From Candidatus Heimdallarchaeota archaeon (GTDB lineage Archaea > Asgardarchaeota > Heimdallarchaeia > Heimdallarchaeales > Heimdallarchaeaceae), in contig JAAFKJ010000130.1 of the NCBI GenBank assembly GCA_021399395.1, forward strand, positions 1 to 25,783: DNA of 25,783 nt. Reading direction: 5' to 3'. The translations under genes were made by a program, and so were the position numbers. Each line of letters starts with the position of its first letter. Position 1 is the first letter of the stretch. Of the stretch, positions 1-7,818 are shown piece after piece. The notes under the pieces were generated by a model. That model was not told the DNA's origin. It ran no database searches and was given only the letters and a program-made list of their open reading frames with translations.

Positions 1-9
1 AGTGCTTAT

Positions 10-990
10 ATGATTAGAGCAATTATTACAGGAGTGATTATTGGATTAATAGGCGGTTTGATTGGAGTTTTCGTTCTATTGAAAGGGATGGTATTTCTGG
101 GAGAAGCTATAGCTCATTCAGCATTTGCAGGAGCGGCTCTCGCCTTACTTCTTGGGATCGAACCCATAATTACTATACTGCTATTTGGAGTTATATCTGC
201 CGTAGGAGTTGGAGCTGTAAGTGAGAAAAAAATCATGAAAGATGAAGTTATCATAGGAATAGTTTTTACGAGTTTCATGGCATTAGCAATTTTATTTATT
301 GGATTAAAAGGAACTAATAACACATCTGTTGATTCGATATTATTTGGTAATATAGTCGCAGTTACTGAAGCGTCATTTTATACACTCATTTTCTTAGCCT
401 TAGTTGTAGTCCTCATCATTTACGCATTCAAAAAGGAACTCTATCTTATAACTTTTAATTCAGAGATGGCCAAAGTAGCTGGTATTCCAGTAAGATTTCT
501 CAATTACCTGTTTCTGGTGCTTGTAGCAGTTACCATCAACATTTCATTAGAAGCTATAGGTGCAATACTTGTGTTTGCGATGATAATAACTCCAGCTGCG
601 GCAGCATATCAATGGACTTTCAAGCTTAATAAGATGATAATACTAGCGACAATTTTCGGTATGTTCTCGTCCATTTTCGGGATATTTTTCTCCTTTATAC
701 TTGACATACCATCTGGAAGTGCAATTGTTGGGCTCGCAACATTGATTTTTATTGTATCATTCATTGCTTCTCCTAAAAGAAGAAAATCTGGTTCAGGCCA
801 TGTAGTTGAAGATTGTGAATTCTGCTCTAAAACCATTGATGGCAGAAAATACTGTATAGAAGAAAACTGTATTGCCAAAGAAATCCCCCACAAACATGAT
901 GAAAAGGGATTAATAATCTACAAAACTGCACTTGCTCATACTAAGAAACCATCAAAACATAAACATGATTCTGGAGGTAAAGAAGAATGA
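10..990 (+). CDS. znuB: Mn/Zn ABC transporter permease (ZnuB/MntB family) with a Cys/His-rich C-terminal tail; the frame is open to the window edge, so the true start may be upstream
   Basis: Multi-TM protein with family motifs GEAIAHSAFAG, ILFGNI and GAILVFAMIITPAAAA; ATGA overlap with the ABC ATPase. Confidence 0.9.
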   Translation: MIRAIITGVIIGLIGGLIGVFVLLKGMVFLGEAIAHSAFAGAALALLLGIEPIITILLFGVISAVGVGAVSEKKIMKDEVIIGIVFTSFMALAILFIGLKGTNNTSVDSILFGNIVAVTEASFYTLIFLALVVVLIIYAFKKELYLITFNSEMAKVAGIPVRFLNYLFLVLVAVTINISLEAIGAILVFAMIITPAAAAYQWTFKLNKMIILATIFGMFSSIFGIFFSFILDIPSGSAIVGLATLIFIVSFIASPKRRKSGSGHVVEDCEFCSKTIDGRKYCIEENCIAKEIPHKHDEKGLIIYKTALAHTKKPSKHKHDSGGKEE

Positions 991-1718
991 CTTCTGAGGA
1001 CATTGTTGTCTGTATGAAAGACATTAGTGTAGCTTATGGTAATTTCGCAGCGCTATATGATATCAATGTAGATGTTAATAGAGGAGATTTTGTAGGTATA
1101 TGCGGTCCTAATGGATCAGGGAAAACAACTCTTTTGAAAGCTATAATTGGACTTATGAAACCTATTACCGGTGCTCTCGCGCTGTTTGGGGAGAAAATCG
1201 AAGATAATATACCAAAAGAATTGCGCTACAGGTTAGCTTATGTTCCTCAGATTACTGATATTGATCGAAATTTTCCAGCTAGGGTAATTGATGTTGTAGA
1301 AATGGGGAGGTACGCGAAAGCAGGATTAGCTAAACCACTAAAGAAGGAAGATAAAGAAAAAGCTATGGATGCTTTGAGACTTGTAGAAATGGATTATATG
1401 GCAGAAAGACCAATCGGCCATTTAAGTGGCGGGCAGCAACAAAGAGTCTTAATTGCACAAGCTTTAGCTTCTGAAGCAGAAGTACTACTTCTTGATGAAT
1501 TCACAAGTGCTTTAGACATCCATATGACGGAAGAAGTAATGGAACTGTTGGATTTCCTAAACCATACACATGAAATAACAATAGTTACAGTTGGACACAA
1601 TTTGGAAATACTCAAAGCTTATTGCAATCGAATAATATGCATTAACAAGATTATAGCCTTTGATGGAAGCTCAAAAGACCCAAAATTAGATGAGGTTATT
1701 AATAGAGTATTTCATTGA
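987..1718 (+). CDS. znuC: Mn/Zn ABC transporter ATP-binding subunit (ZnuC family)
   Basis: Walker A GPNGSGKT, AYVPQ, signature LSGGQQQR, Walker B LLLDE. Confidence 0.92.
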   Translation: MTSEDIVVCMKDISVAYGNFAALYDINVDVNRGDFVGICGPNGSGKTTLLKAIIGLMKPITGALALFGEKIEDNIPKELRYRLAYVPQITDIDRNFPARVIDVVEMGRYAKAGLAKPLKKEDKEKAMDALRLVEMDYMAERPIGHLSGGQQQRVLIAQALASEAEVLLLDEFTSALDIHMTEEVMELLDFLNHTHEITIVTVGHNLEILKAYCNRIICINKIIAFDGSSKDPKLDEVINRVFH

Positions 1719-1743
1719 AACAAATAACAAAAAGTAGTAAGAT

Positions 1744-1777
1744 AAAACAACCTCAATTCGAAACTAGGTGTTGTTTT
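1744..1777. terminator. Hairpin with T-tracts between convergent znuC and alba; possible bidirectional terminator
   Basis: AAAACAAC...GTTGTTTT inverted repeat followed by T-rich sequence. Confidence 0.4.
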
Positions 1778-1784
1778 TATTTCT

Positions 1785-2072
1785 TTATTTTCGTTTAATT
1801 ACTATATCCATTGTAGATACTGTCTTTGTTTGGCCATCATCATTCTGAAGGTCCTCAGATCCTATGACGACATCAGCTATTTCGACTATCTCAGGTAAGA
1901 ATCTTCTTACAGAAATTTCTGCAACATCTACTGCCTTAGAAATCGATCTTCCTCTAGCTCTTATTGTACATTCTTCTTCGCCCTTATTGAAGATTGTAAC
2001 AACGACTAAGCAGTAATTCATAGTACCTTTTTTACCAATGTAAATTGCATTCTTCTTCTTCTCTTCAGACAT
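1785..2072 (-). CDS. albA: Archaeal chromatin/RNA-binding protein Alba
   Basis: IYIGKKxxMNY, IRARGRSISKAVDVAE and VSTMDI motifs; 95 aa. Confidence 0.95.
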   Translation of the reverse strand: MSEEKKKNAIYIGKKGTMNYCLVVVTIFNKGEEECTIRARGRSISKAVDVAEISVRRFLPEIVEIADVVIGSEDLQNDDGQTKTVSTMDIVIKRK

Positions 2073-2163
2073 GTCGTTCGTCTCCGTTAATTCAATAGAG
2101 GTTAGTCACTATAAGGTGAATACTCTTTTAAATCTTTGTTCAACCAAGCGACAATTCTAAAGA

Positions 2164-3183
2164 TTATTTCTTAACCTCAACCCTATAATCCACTTTACGT
2201 TTTTTGAAGGTATCCTCAAATTTTTCATTGTAGTAGGCTTCATCGTATTCCGCCCTGTATTCACGTTCTTTTGGAACTATAAGATTAATTGCATCATCAA
2301 TCCTTTCAGTTTCAATTATCGCACTCTTCTCGTTATAAATTTCACCTTCAGTTGAACAAAAGAGAGGGTCGCCATGAGACTCTATTACAACTTTTCTACC
2401 TCTAGTAAACCAGATGCCTTTAGTCCCTAAGTGCTTTCCAGGAATTGCTTTCAGAAGTAAGGATATTCTACCTAATCCTTTTTTGTCATGCATAATACTA
2501 ATTCCTAAATCTTTGTTCTTAGTACTGAAAGCAGCATTTCCAGGAAGTACACGAAAACCTGCAATATCATCTGCTAAAGAAACAAAGAAACTAGTCAATT
2601 TTTCAACCTTGATTGGTTCTTTATCATCTATAGTAATTGTACAAGGGGTATTCTTGAACTTCAGTATATACTTAACCGCCAAATAGTTATATTTGATAGC
2701 TCCAATCTTCAGCCATTTCATTTCATGCTGAGCAGCTGCAGAAGCTTTTCCTGAAAACCCTCCATCAGTCATGTCAAATGCATAAGCTTCTTCGTCGCCT
2801 TTACATTTTATTGCTGCGAATTTTTCGCTGTGTCCTTCGGCAAGCACAGCTAAACTCTCTTCCAAATCATATGGTATAGAATTGGTTTGATGCCAATCAC
2901 ACATGGATCCAGCTGAAATAAGACCAAGTGTTACATCTGGATTTTTAACAACAATATCACCCATGTTGGTTGCGGTTCCATCTCCACCAAGAGCTATTAA
3001 GGTCTTATAACCTTCATCTATTGCTTTCTGAGCTAATTCTTTTTCATGTTTGTAATGTTCAGTTAGCGCGTAATCGAATTTTCCTAAATATTCCTCAGTC
3101 AATTTGAGAACTTTATCTAGTTTCTTTCCAAGCCTCCCAGTGTTAGCATTAGGATTAGCTACAATAAATGGATCTTTAGTCAT
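2164..3183 (-). CDS. Diacylglycerol kinase catalytic-domain lipid kinase (YegS/DgkB family)
   Basis: IVANPNA, ALGGDGT, GSMCD (GTGND-like) and C-terminal TEGE (DGE-like). Confidence 0.85.
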   Translation of the reverse strand: MTKDPFIVANPNANTGRLGKKLDKVLKLTEEYLGKFDYALTEHYKHEKELAQKAIDEGYKTLIALGGDGTATNMGDIVVKNPDVTLGLISAGSMCDWHQTNSIPYDLEESLAVLAEGHSEKFAAIKCKGDEEAYAFDMTDGGFSGKASAAAQHEMKWLKIGAIKYNYLAVKYILKFKNTPCTITIDDKEPIKVEKLTSFFVSLADDIAGFRVLPGNAAFSTKNKDLGISIMHDKKGLGRISLLLKAIPGKHLGTKGIWFTRGRKVVIESHGDPLFCSTEGEIYNEKSAIIETERIDDAINLIVPKEREYRAEYDEAYYNEKFEDTFKKRKVDYRVEVKK

Positions 3184-3302
3184 AATAATTTGGTGATAAT
3201 TTAGTCATATATAAATTATTCTGGAAATGCTGTTCTAATAGGTTAAAACTCTTTGAATGGATACATTTTAAATAGTTGAAGTCTTACCAGTACTTGATAA
3301 AT

Positions 3303-3644
3303 ATGATTTGCGACCAATGTGGAACTGAAAATCCAGCAAATGCTGTGTTTTGTGGTAAATGTGGAAGAAATATAGCGCAAGAGTCTGCTCAACAACCTGC
3401 TCAACCGGCTCAACAAGCTCAACAAGCGGTAGCTTATGAAAAACCAAGAACTTTTGTTCGTTGTTCTAACGACAAACAGATTGGTGGTGTATGTTCAGGT
3501 TTTGCAAAATATTTCGATTTGGACGTTAGTTTAGTTAGAATATTAACTGTTGTAAGTTTCTTATTTACTGGTTCAGCAACTTTCTGGGCCTATATAATTA
3601 TGTGGGCTATTATTCCCGAAGAACCTTGTGGTCCAATACAATAG
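3303..3644 (+). CDS. Zinc-ribbon + PspC domain membrane protein
   Basis: CDQCG...FCGKCG ribbon, Q/P/A linker, PspC motif RxxxDKQIGGVCSGFAKYFDLDVSLVR...YIIMWAIIPEE; ATG at 3303 preferred to the TTG at 3276. Confidence 0.85.
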   Translation: MICDQCGTENPANAVFCGKCGRNIAQESAQQPAQPAQQAQQAVAYEKPRTFVRCSNDKQIGGVCSGFAKYFDLDVSLVRILTVVSFLFTGSATFWAYIIMWAIIPEEPCGPIQ

Positions 3645-3658
3645 TTAGTTTATTTTTT

Positions 3659-4480
3659 TTATTTTTTTTCTCCAAAAAATTCTTCTAAAAGTGCACTTTT
3701 TGGTCGTTTTATTGTTGGAAAAACTTCATCCCAAGGAATTCTTTTAGCAACTAGACCGTTCTCTTCTAGATATGCAAGTACTTTCTGTGGAAAATCAGGT
3801 GCAATTAAAATACCGGTGACGTCTTTTTTCTCTTTCTCTTCAAAGTATTCAATATATCGCTTGAGTTGATGTGCGTCAGCTGGTGTTGCTTTCCGTTTTT
3901 TGACTTCAATAATAGTTTCCCCATTTTTCCCCATCCCTCTAATATCTACTGGACCAACATCTGTGTTATATTCGGTTCTTAGAACTTGAAACTCTTCTTC
4001 AATTAAATCAGGTGATGAAACAAGATATCTTACTAAATCACTCTCATCTCCATATATTACTAGCTCTGAAACATCATAAGCATGCCATAGAGAAACAAAT
4101 GCAAGTTGAGCAAAATTAATAGTAAGAACTTCTTGAGTTTTGGTTCTTTGAGTTACCATCTCCAAAGAATCTTCTTTTGCTTTGAAATTAATTGGTCCTG
4201 CCTGAGGTTTCTGCCAGTTTAATGGTTTAACACCTATTGGTCCATGCATGATTATGGAAAGATCCTTCTTTATGATTAATATTCGATCGCCATCATCTAA
4301 TGTTGATTTAATCCTTCCATCAAAAACAGCTGAACATTTTCCTGCTACAACAATCATTTTTTCTCCCATTGCAGAGTTTAATCTATTTGAAATTGTAGAA
4401 AAAGAATCTAAAGGTAAGACTTCGAAATTTGAGTTACTCATTTCATCAACAATCTTAGCAGCTGTTAGTTCAATAAACAC
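3659..4480 (-). CDS. nucS: Mismatch-specific endonuclease NucS/EndoMS
   Basis: CSAVFDGR, DRILIIKKD, KPLNWQ, GPVDI, IIEVKKR, QLKRY and GILIAP motifs. Confidence 0.93.
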   Translation of the reverse strand: MFIELTAAKIVDEMSNSNFEVLPLDSFSTISNRLNSAMGEKMIVVAGKCSAVFDGRIKSTLDDGDRILIIKKDLSIIMHGPIGVKPLNWQKPQAGPINFKAKEDSLEMVTQRTKTQEVLTINFAQLAFVSLWHAYDVSELVIYGDESDLVRYLVSSPDLIEEEFQVLRTEYNTDVGPVDIRGMGKNGETIIEVKKRKATPADAHQLKRYIEYFEEKEKKDVTGILIAPDFPQKVLAYLEENGLVAKRIPWDEVFPTIKRPKSALLEEFFGEKK

Positions 4481-4563
4481 TCAACTTTATTTCAAGTTTT
4501 CCAATCTACTACCATCACGAAAAAAGTAATATATTACTTCTATGACTCAACAATTGTATTCAA

Positions 4564-5382
4564 ATGGTAACACCGTCACTTGTTGTTTTTCAAACAATGT
4601 TCTATATTCAAGTATCAGTGGTAATTCTTTGTTTAGTTTTTGGTTCAGTTATGGATTTACTTAAACGAGAGGTTTCAGACATCCCTTGGATTGTGATGGC
4701 GATAACAGGTGTCCTTACATCAATTTTCCTAATAATCTGGTCTGAAGATCCTAAAAAGGTTGGGATAATGTTTGGTTTTAATGTAGGTATCGGGATAGTT
4801 CTTGGGCTGTTACTCTACTATACCGGAGTTATGGGGGGTGCTGATGCTAAGGCAATTATGGCGCTTTCCTTTAATACACCGATTTATATTTTCTCATTTG
4901 AATTCTTAACACAAGGTGTTTATACAATCATCCCCCCAGTTTTCAACACTTTCTTTAACTGGTTACTTGTGATGGTAATTTTCTATCCGCTACCATTGTT
5001 ATTCTACAATCTATTTCTCAAAGCTAGAGGTAAAAAACTCTTTGAGAATACAAACGCTAATTTCGCAAGTAAGATACTGATGATGATTTCAGGATATTTG
5101 ATATCTACAGAAAAAGCAGTAAACAGACACGATATAGTTTACTCTGAAGAATATGATAAGGAAAGTAAAAAGTGGAACATCAAACATTTTATGCAAGTAG
5201 TAGAAGTTGAAGAAGAAGAGAAGTTCAAGAAGGAGGTAGAAGAGGATATTCAAAAAACTGGTAGAAAGAAGATCTGGGTAAAGGTTTTACCACCAGGAAT
5301 AGTTTTCTTGCTATTTGGTTATATCATTAATATTTTCTTGGGAAACATATTATTTCTAATCTATCACTTCGCTTTGGGTTAG
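4564..5382 (+). CDS. Archaeal prepilin/prearchaellin peptidase (A24, FlaK/PibD-like)
   Basis: DLLKREVSD and GGADAK catalytic aspartate motifs; multi-TM; C-terminal KIWV..PGIVFL. Confidence 0.88.
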   Translation: MVTPSLVVFQTMFYIQVSVVILCLVFGSVMDLLKREVSDIPWIVMAITGVLTSIFLIIWSEDPKKVGIMFGFNVGIGIVLGLLLYYTGVMGGADAKAIMALSFNTPIYIFSFEFLTQGVYTIIPPVFNTFFNWLLVMVIFYPLPLLFYNLFLKARGKKLFENTNANFASKILMMISGYLISTEKAVNRHDIVYSEEYDKESKKWNIKHFMQVVEVEEEEKFKKEVEEDIQKTGRKKIWVKVLPPGIVFLLFGYIINIFLGNILFLIYHFALG

Positions 5383-5410
5383 ATGATTTTTGAATAAGTA
5401 AAAAAAGAGA

Positions 5411-6196
5411 TTACGAACTAGTTTCCAAATTTAGTTCGATTTCTCTGTCTACGTTTTCTTTTATATCTCCTAAAATGTATTCCAAAACTTCGTTGTAGTC
5501 AACTTCAATTCGGAATAACCTTTTAAAAAATGGTAAGAGAGAGTTTAGATCCTTTCTTAGAATCCTATAAGCTCTTGATAGAGGTATCAGAGCTGATCCA
5601 TAAGGAACTGCATCTTTCAAAGCAAAACTTTTTGCTTGCAGGAAATCTATAGCATGTACTTTTTCGTCATGCCAAAGCAAATTATGTTCACTGAAATCTC
5701 CATGAACAAAATGAGCTTGAAACATATCATACAAAATCTCTATACACTCTTCTAGAACATCAGCTGGATCATCGAAAAAACTCTTGCTTAAATCTCTCAA
5801 TAATGGTGCTGGCCCTTCTTCGTCACCAATCAGTTCCATAGCGTAGCTAAATCCAGCATACTTGTATGGTTCAGGAACAGGTAATTTTGCTTGGAACATA
5901 TCTAGATTTTTATAATACTCTAGTTTTGCAAATTGCGATATAACCGCATATGGGTTACCTCGACGTGTGCCATGAATGACCCCTCTATGTGTAGTTTTGT
6001 AGAGTTTGTATGTTTTAACAGCAACAAATCGATCTTCGTTATCTATACCCCAGCAAACAAAAGCTTCTTTACCTTGACCAATTACTTGCTGAGCTACGAT
6101 AATAAGACCATTTTCGATAGCCTGAGCTATTGATTCATTTGTTGAGATCTCTTCGATTTCTTCATCTCTTCTTTCCAAATATTCTTTGTTTAACAC
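5411..6196 (-). CDS. RIO-family atypical Ser/Thr kinase
   Basis: GQGKEAFV P-loop, VAVKTY, MELIGD...PAPLL, HGDFSEHN and IDFLQA. Confidence 0.9.
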   Translation of the reverse strand: MLNKEYLERRDEEIEEISTNESIAQAIENGLIIVAQQVIGQGKEAFVCWGIDNEDRFVAVKTYKLYKTTHRGVIHGTRRGNPYAVISQFAKLEYYKNLDMFQAKLPVPEPYKYAGFSYAMELIGDEEGPAPLLRDLSKSFFDDPADVLEECIEILYDMFQAHFVHGDFSEHNLLWHDEKVHAIDFLQAKSFALKDAVPYGSALIPLSRAYRILRKDLNSLLPFFKRLFRIEVDYNEVLEYILGDIKENVDREIELNLETSS

Positions 6197-6286
6197 TTTT
6201 TTTCACTTCCATAGAGAGGGTCAAGACAAAAGAAAACCACCAAACAATTAGTATCTCAGGAAGTATTGGTAAAAGAAGAATCGACT

Positions 6287-6367
6287 TTATAGTCCTTCTG
6301 AAGATGTCATAGTAGCGTGTTTGAAGCAAATTGATGGTTTAGTTGTTGTTTGTAATTCTGCATTCAT
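6287..6367 (-). CDS. Putative 26-aa leader peptide MNAELQTTTKPSICFKHATMTSSEGL upstream of the RIO kinase
   Basis: Strong SD GGAGGTG (6378-6384) 10 nt before the ATG, and a TATA-like TTTATTAA near 6415-6422; too short for the ORF track. Confidence 0.6.
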   Translation of the reverse strand: MNAELQTTTKPSICFKHATMTSSEGL

Positions 6368-6457
6368 TTGTCTATGACACCTCCTTTTAGTGTATTTGCA
6401 TGTTGTTTAGAGAATTAATAAATTTATCGCACTTGTAGTTATATGAAAAGAAGTAAG

Positions 6458-6533
6458 TGGTAGCTCCAGGATGATTCGAACATCCGCCACAGAGAATAAA
6501 TCTCTGTATCCTTGGCCACTAGACTATGAAGCT
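6458..6533 (-). tRNA. tRNA-Gln-like gene with UUA (ochre) anticodon and atypical loop; suppressor-like or non-translational tRNA
   Basis: 76 nt cloverleaf AGCTTCA TA GTCT AGTGGCCAA GGAT A CAGAG ATTTATT CTCTG TGGC GGATG TTCGAAT CATCC TGGAGCT ACCA; all four stems pair and CCA is encoded. Confidence 0.85.
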
Positions 6534-6610
6534 ATAATTTTGTTAAAATTTAACAAGTCTTTTTTAAGTTTGCTTTTGATAGATGAAATAACAGGTGAAA
6601 AATTGATCGC

Positions 6611-6808
6611 TTACGAATCTTCTTCTATAATTCGTTGCATGTAGATTTCACAATCTTTACACACAAGAAAATCATGTGATTCTTTGTCCTTATAGAATAT
6701 AGAGAACATCATTGGTTTTTCACATTTACCACATTTTATATCAGATTCTTCTTCAGAAACAAGTAGAAGATCTTTTACATCCACTTTTGGTGTGATATAG
6801 CGACTCAT
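6611..6808 (-). CDS. Small zinc-ribbon protein (CxxC...CxxC)
   Basis: CGKC and CKDC pairs; upstream SD AAGGAG. Confidence 0.7.
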   Translation of the reverse strand: MSRYITPKVDVKDLLLVSEEESDIKCGKCEKPMMFSIFYKDKESHDFLVCKDCEIYMQRIIEEDS

Positions 6809-6938
6809 ATTGAATAATCTCCTTTAAATTTTAGAATAGTTTAGTATATACTATAGCTTTTACATTAATATACATTATCTTTCAGAATCACTACAAAACA
6901 AACAGTATAAATATGGGTTAAGAATCTCGAGAAATAGA

Positions 6939-7310
6939 ATGATTGGAGACGTTTACAGAATTAGATTCATAATCCCAGGAATGGGCGATGCTGAAGGAGA
7001 GTTAATCAGGATTAAGGGTCCTCATTTAACTGAACTAATAAATCGAAACTTACCTATAACTTCTCGAGGATTAAAACGAGGAGATATGTTTGTAATACCA
7101 ACTCAAGTTCTTTATGCAATTGAAAAACCAAAGGAAATGGGTAGGAAGGGTGATATTGCTTATGATTCGAAAGCAAAAGCAATTATCATTCTATTAGCTG
7201 ATCAGAGGTTTGATTCAAAGATGGCAGTGATAGGTACAATTACCAGAAGTTTCAAAATTTTTGAGAATCTGAAAACATCAGCTGGAGTGAAAATAGAAAA
7301 ACTAGACTAG
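6939..7310 (+). CDS. Cyclophilin-like fold protein (TM1367-like)
   Basis: P..T..I...LP, KGDIAY and VIG pattern typical of archaeal cyclophilin-like proteins. Confidence 0.65.
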   Translation: MIGDVYRIRFIIPGMGDAEGELIRIKGPHLTELINRNLPITSRGLKRGDMFVIPTQVLYAIEKPKEMGRKGDIAYDSKAKAIIILLADQRFDSKMAVIGTITRSFKIFENLKTSAGVKIEKLD

Positions 7311-7396
7311 CACACTCCTTCACTTTCTTATTTAAAAACAATCTTTATAAATAGATTATTCGTCATTAAGTCGAGAACCACAAAGTGTGAAATTCC

Positions 7397-7738
7397 ATGA
7401 GTATCAGAGAAAATATCGGAAAAACAATCTCATCTGCAAAAGATGAATATGGTAAAGTAGATTTTGGAGACAAAATACTTGATTTAATCTCACTTGTAGG
7501 TGCAGCTCTTTTCTTAGTCTCATTAGTTTCTGTATTCGTTAGCTCGACGTTTAACGCAATGAACATTGTATTTATCCTCTATCCCCTTGCAGTAGGAGGT
7601 ATTGCAGCCGCACTTCGAATGAAAAAGAGAGAAAAACCTGAAGAAGCTGGAAATATTTTCAAAGAATGGATATGGATAATGAGTTCAATAACAGCAATCT
7701 CTTTGCTGATTATTATCTTAGCTCTTGTGTTAGCATAG
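7397..7738 (+). CDS. Small three-TM membrane protein, unknown function
   Basis: Three hydrophobic segments; 113 aa. Confidence 0.7.
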   Translation: MSIRENIGKTISSAKDEYGKVDFGDKILDLISLVGAALFLVSLVSVFVSSTFNAMNIVFILYPLAVGGIAAALRMKKREKPEEAGNIFKEWIWIMSSITAISLLIIILALVLA

Positions 7739-7818
7739 GTTTAATTCTAAACCTTCTATTTCTACAAATCGTTAGAACGGAAAAAGTTATTATATCTTAT
7801 CCCGTTTATTTTATCTTG

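Noticed and set aside
3385-3428. GCTCAAC(A/C) tandem repeats as a non-coding array
   Set aside because: They simply encode the AQQPAQPAQQAQQA linker.
6197-6367. Suppressor readthrough fusing the leader peptide to the in-frame RIO kinase
   Set aside because: The frame matches, but two TAA and two TGA codons intervene.
7666-7818. Long N-terminal extension of the 522-aa ORF
   Set aside because: It overlaps the upstream gene and looks like intergenic sequence; the ATG at 7819 is more plausible.
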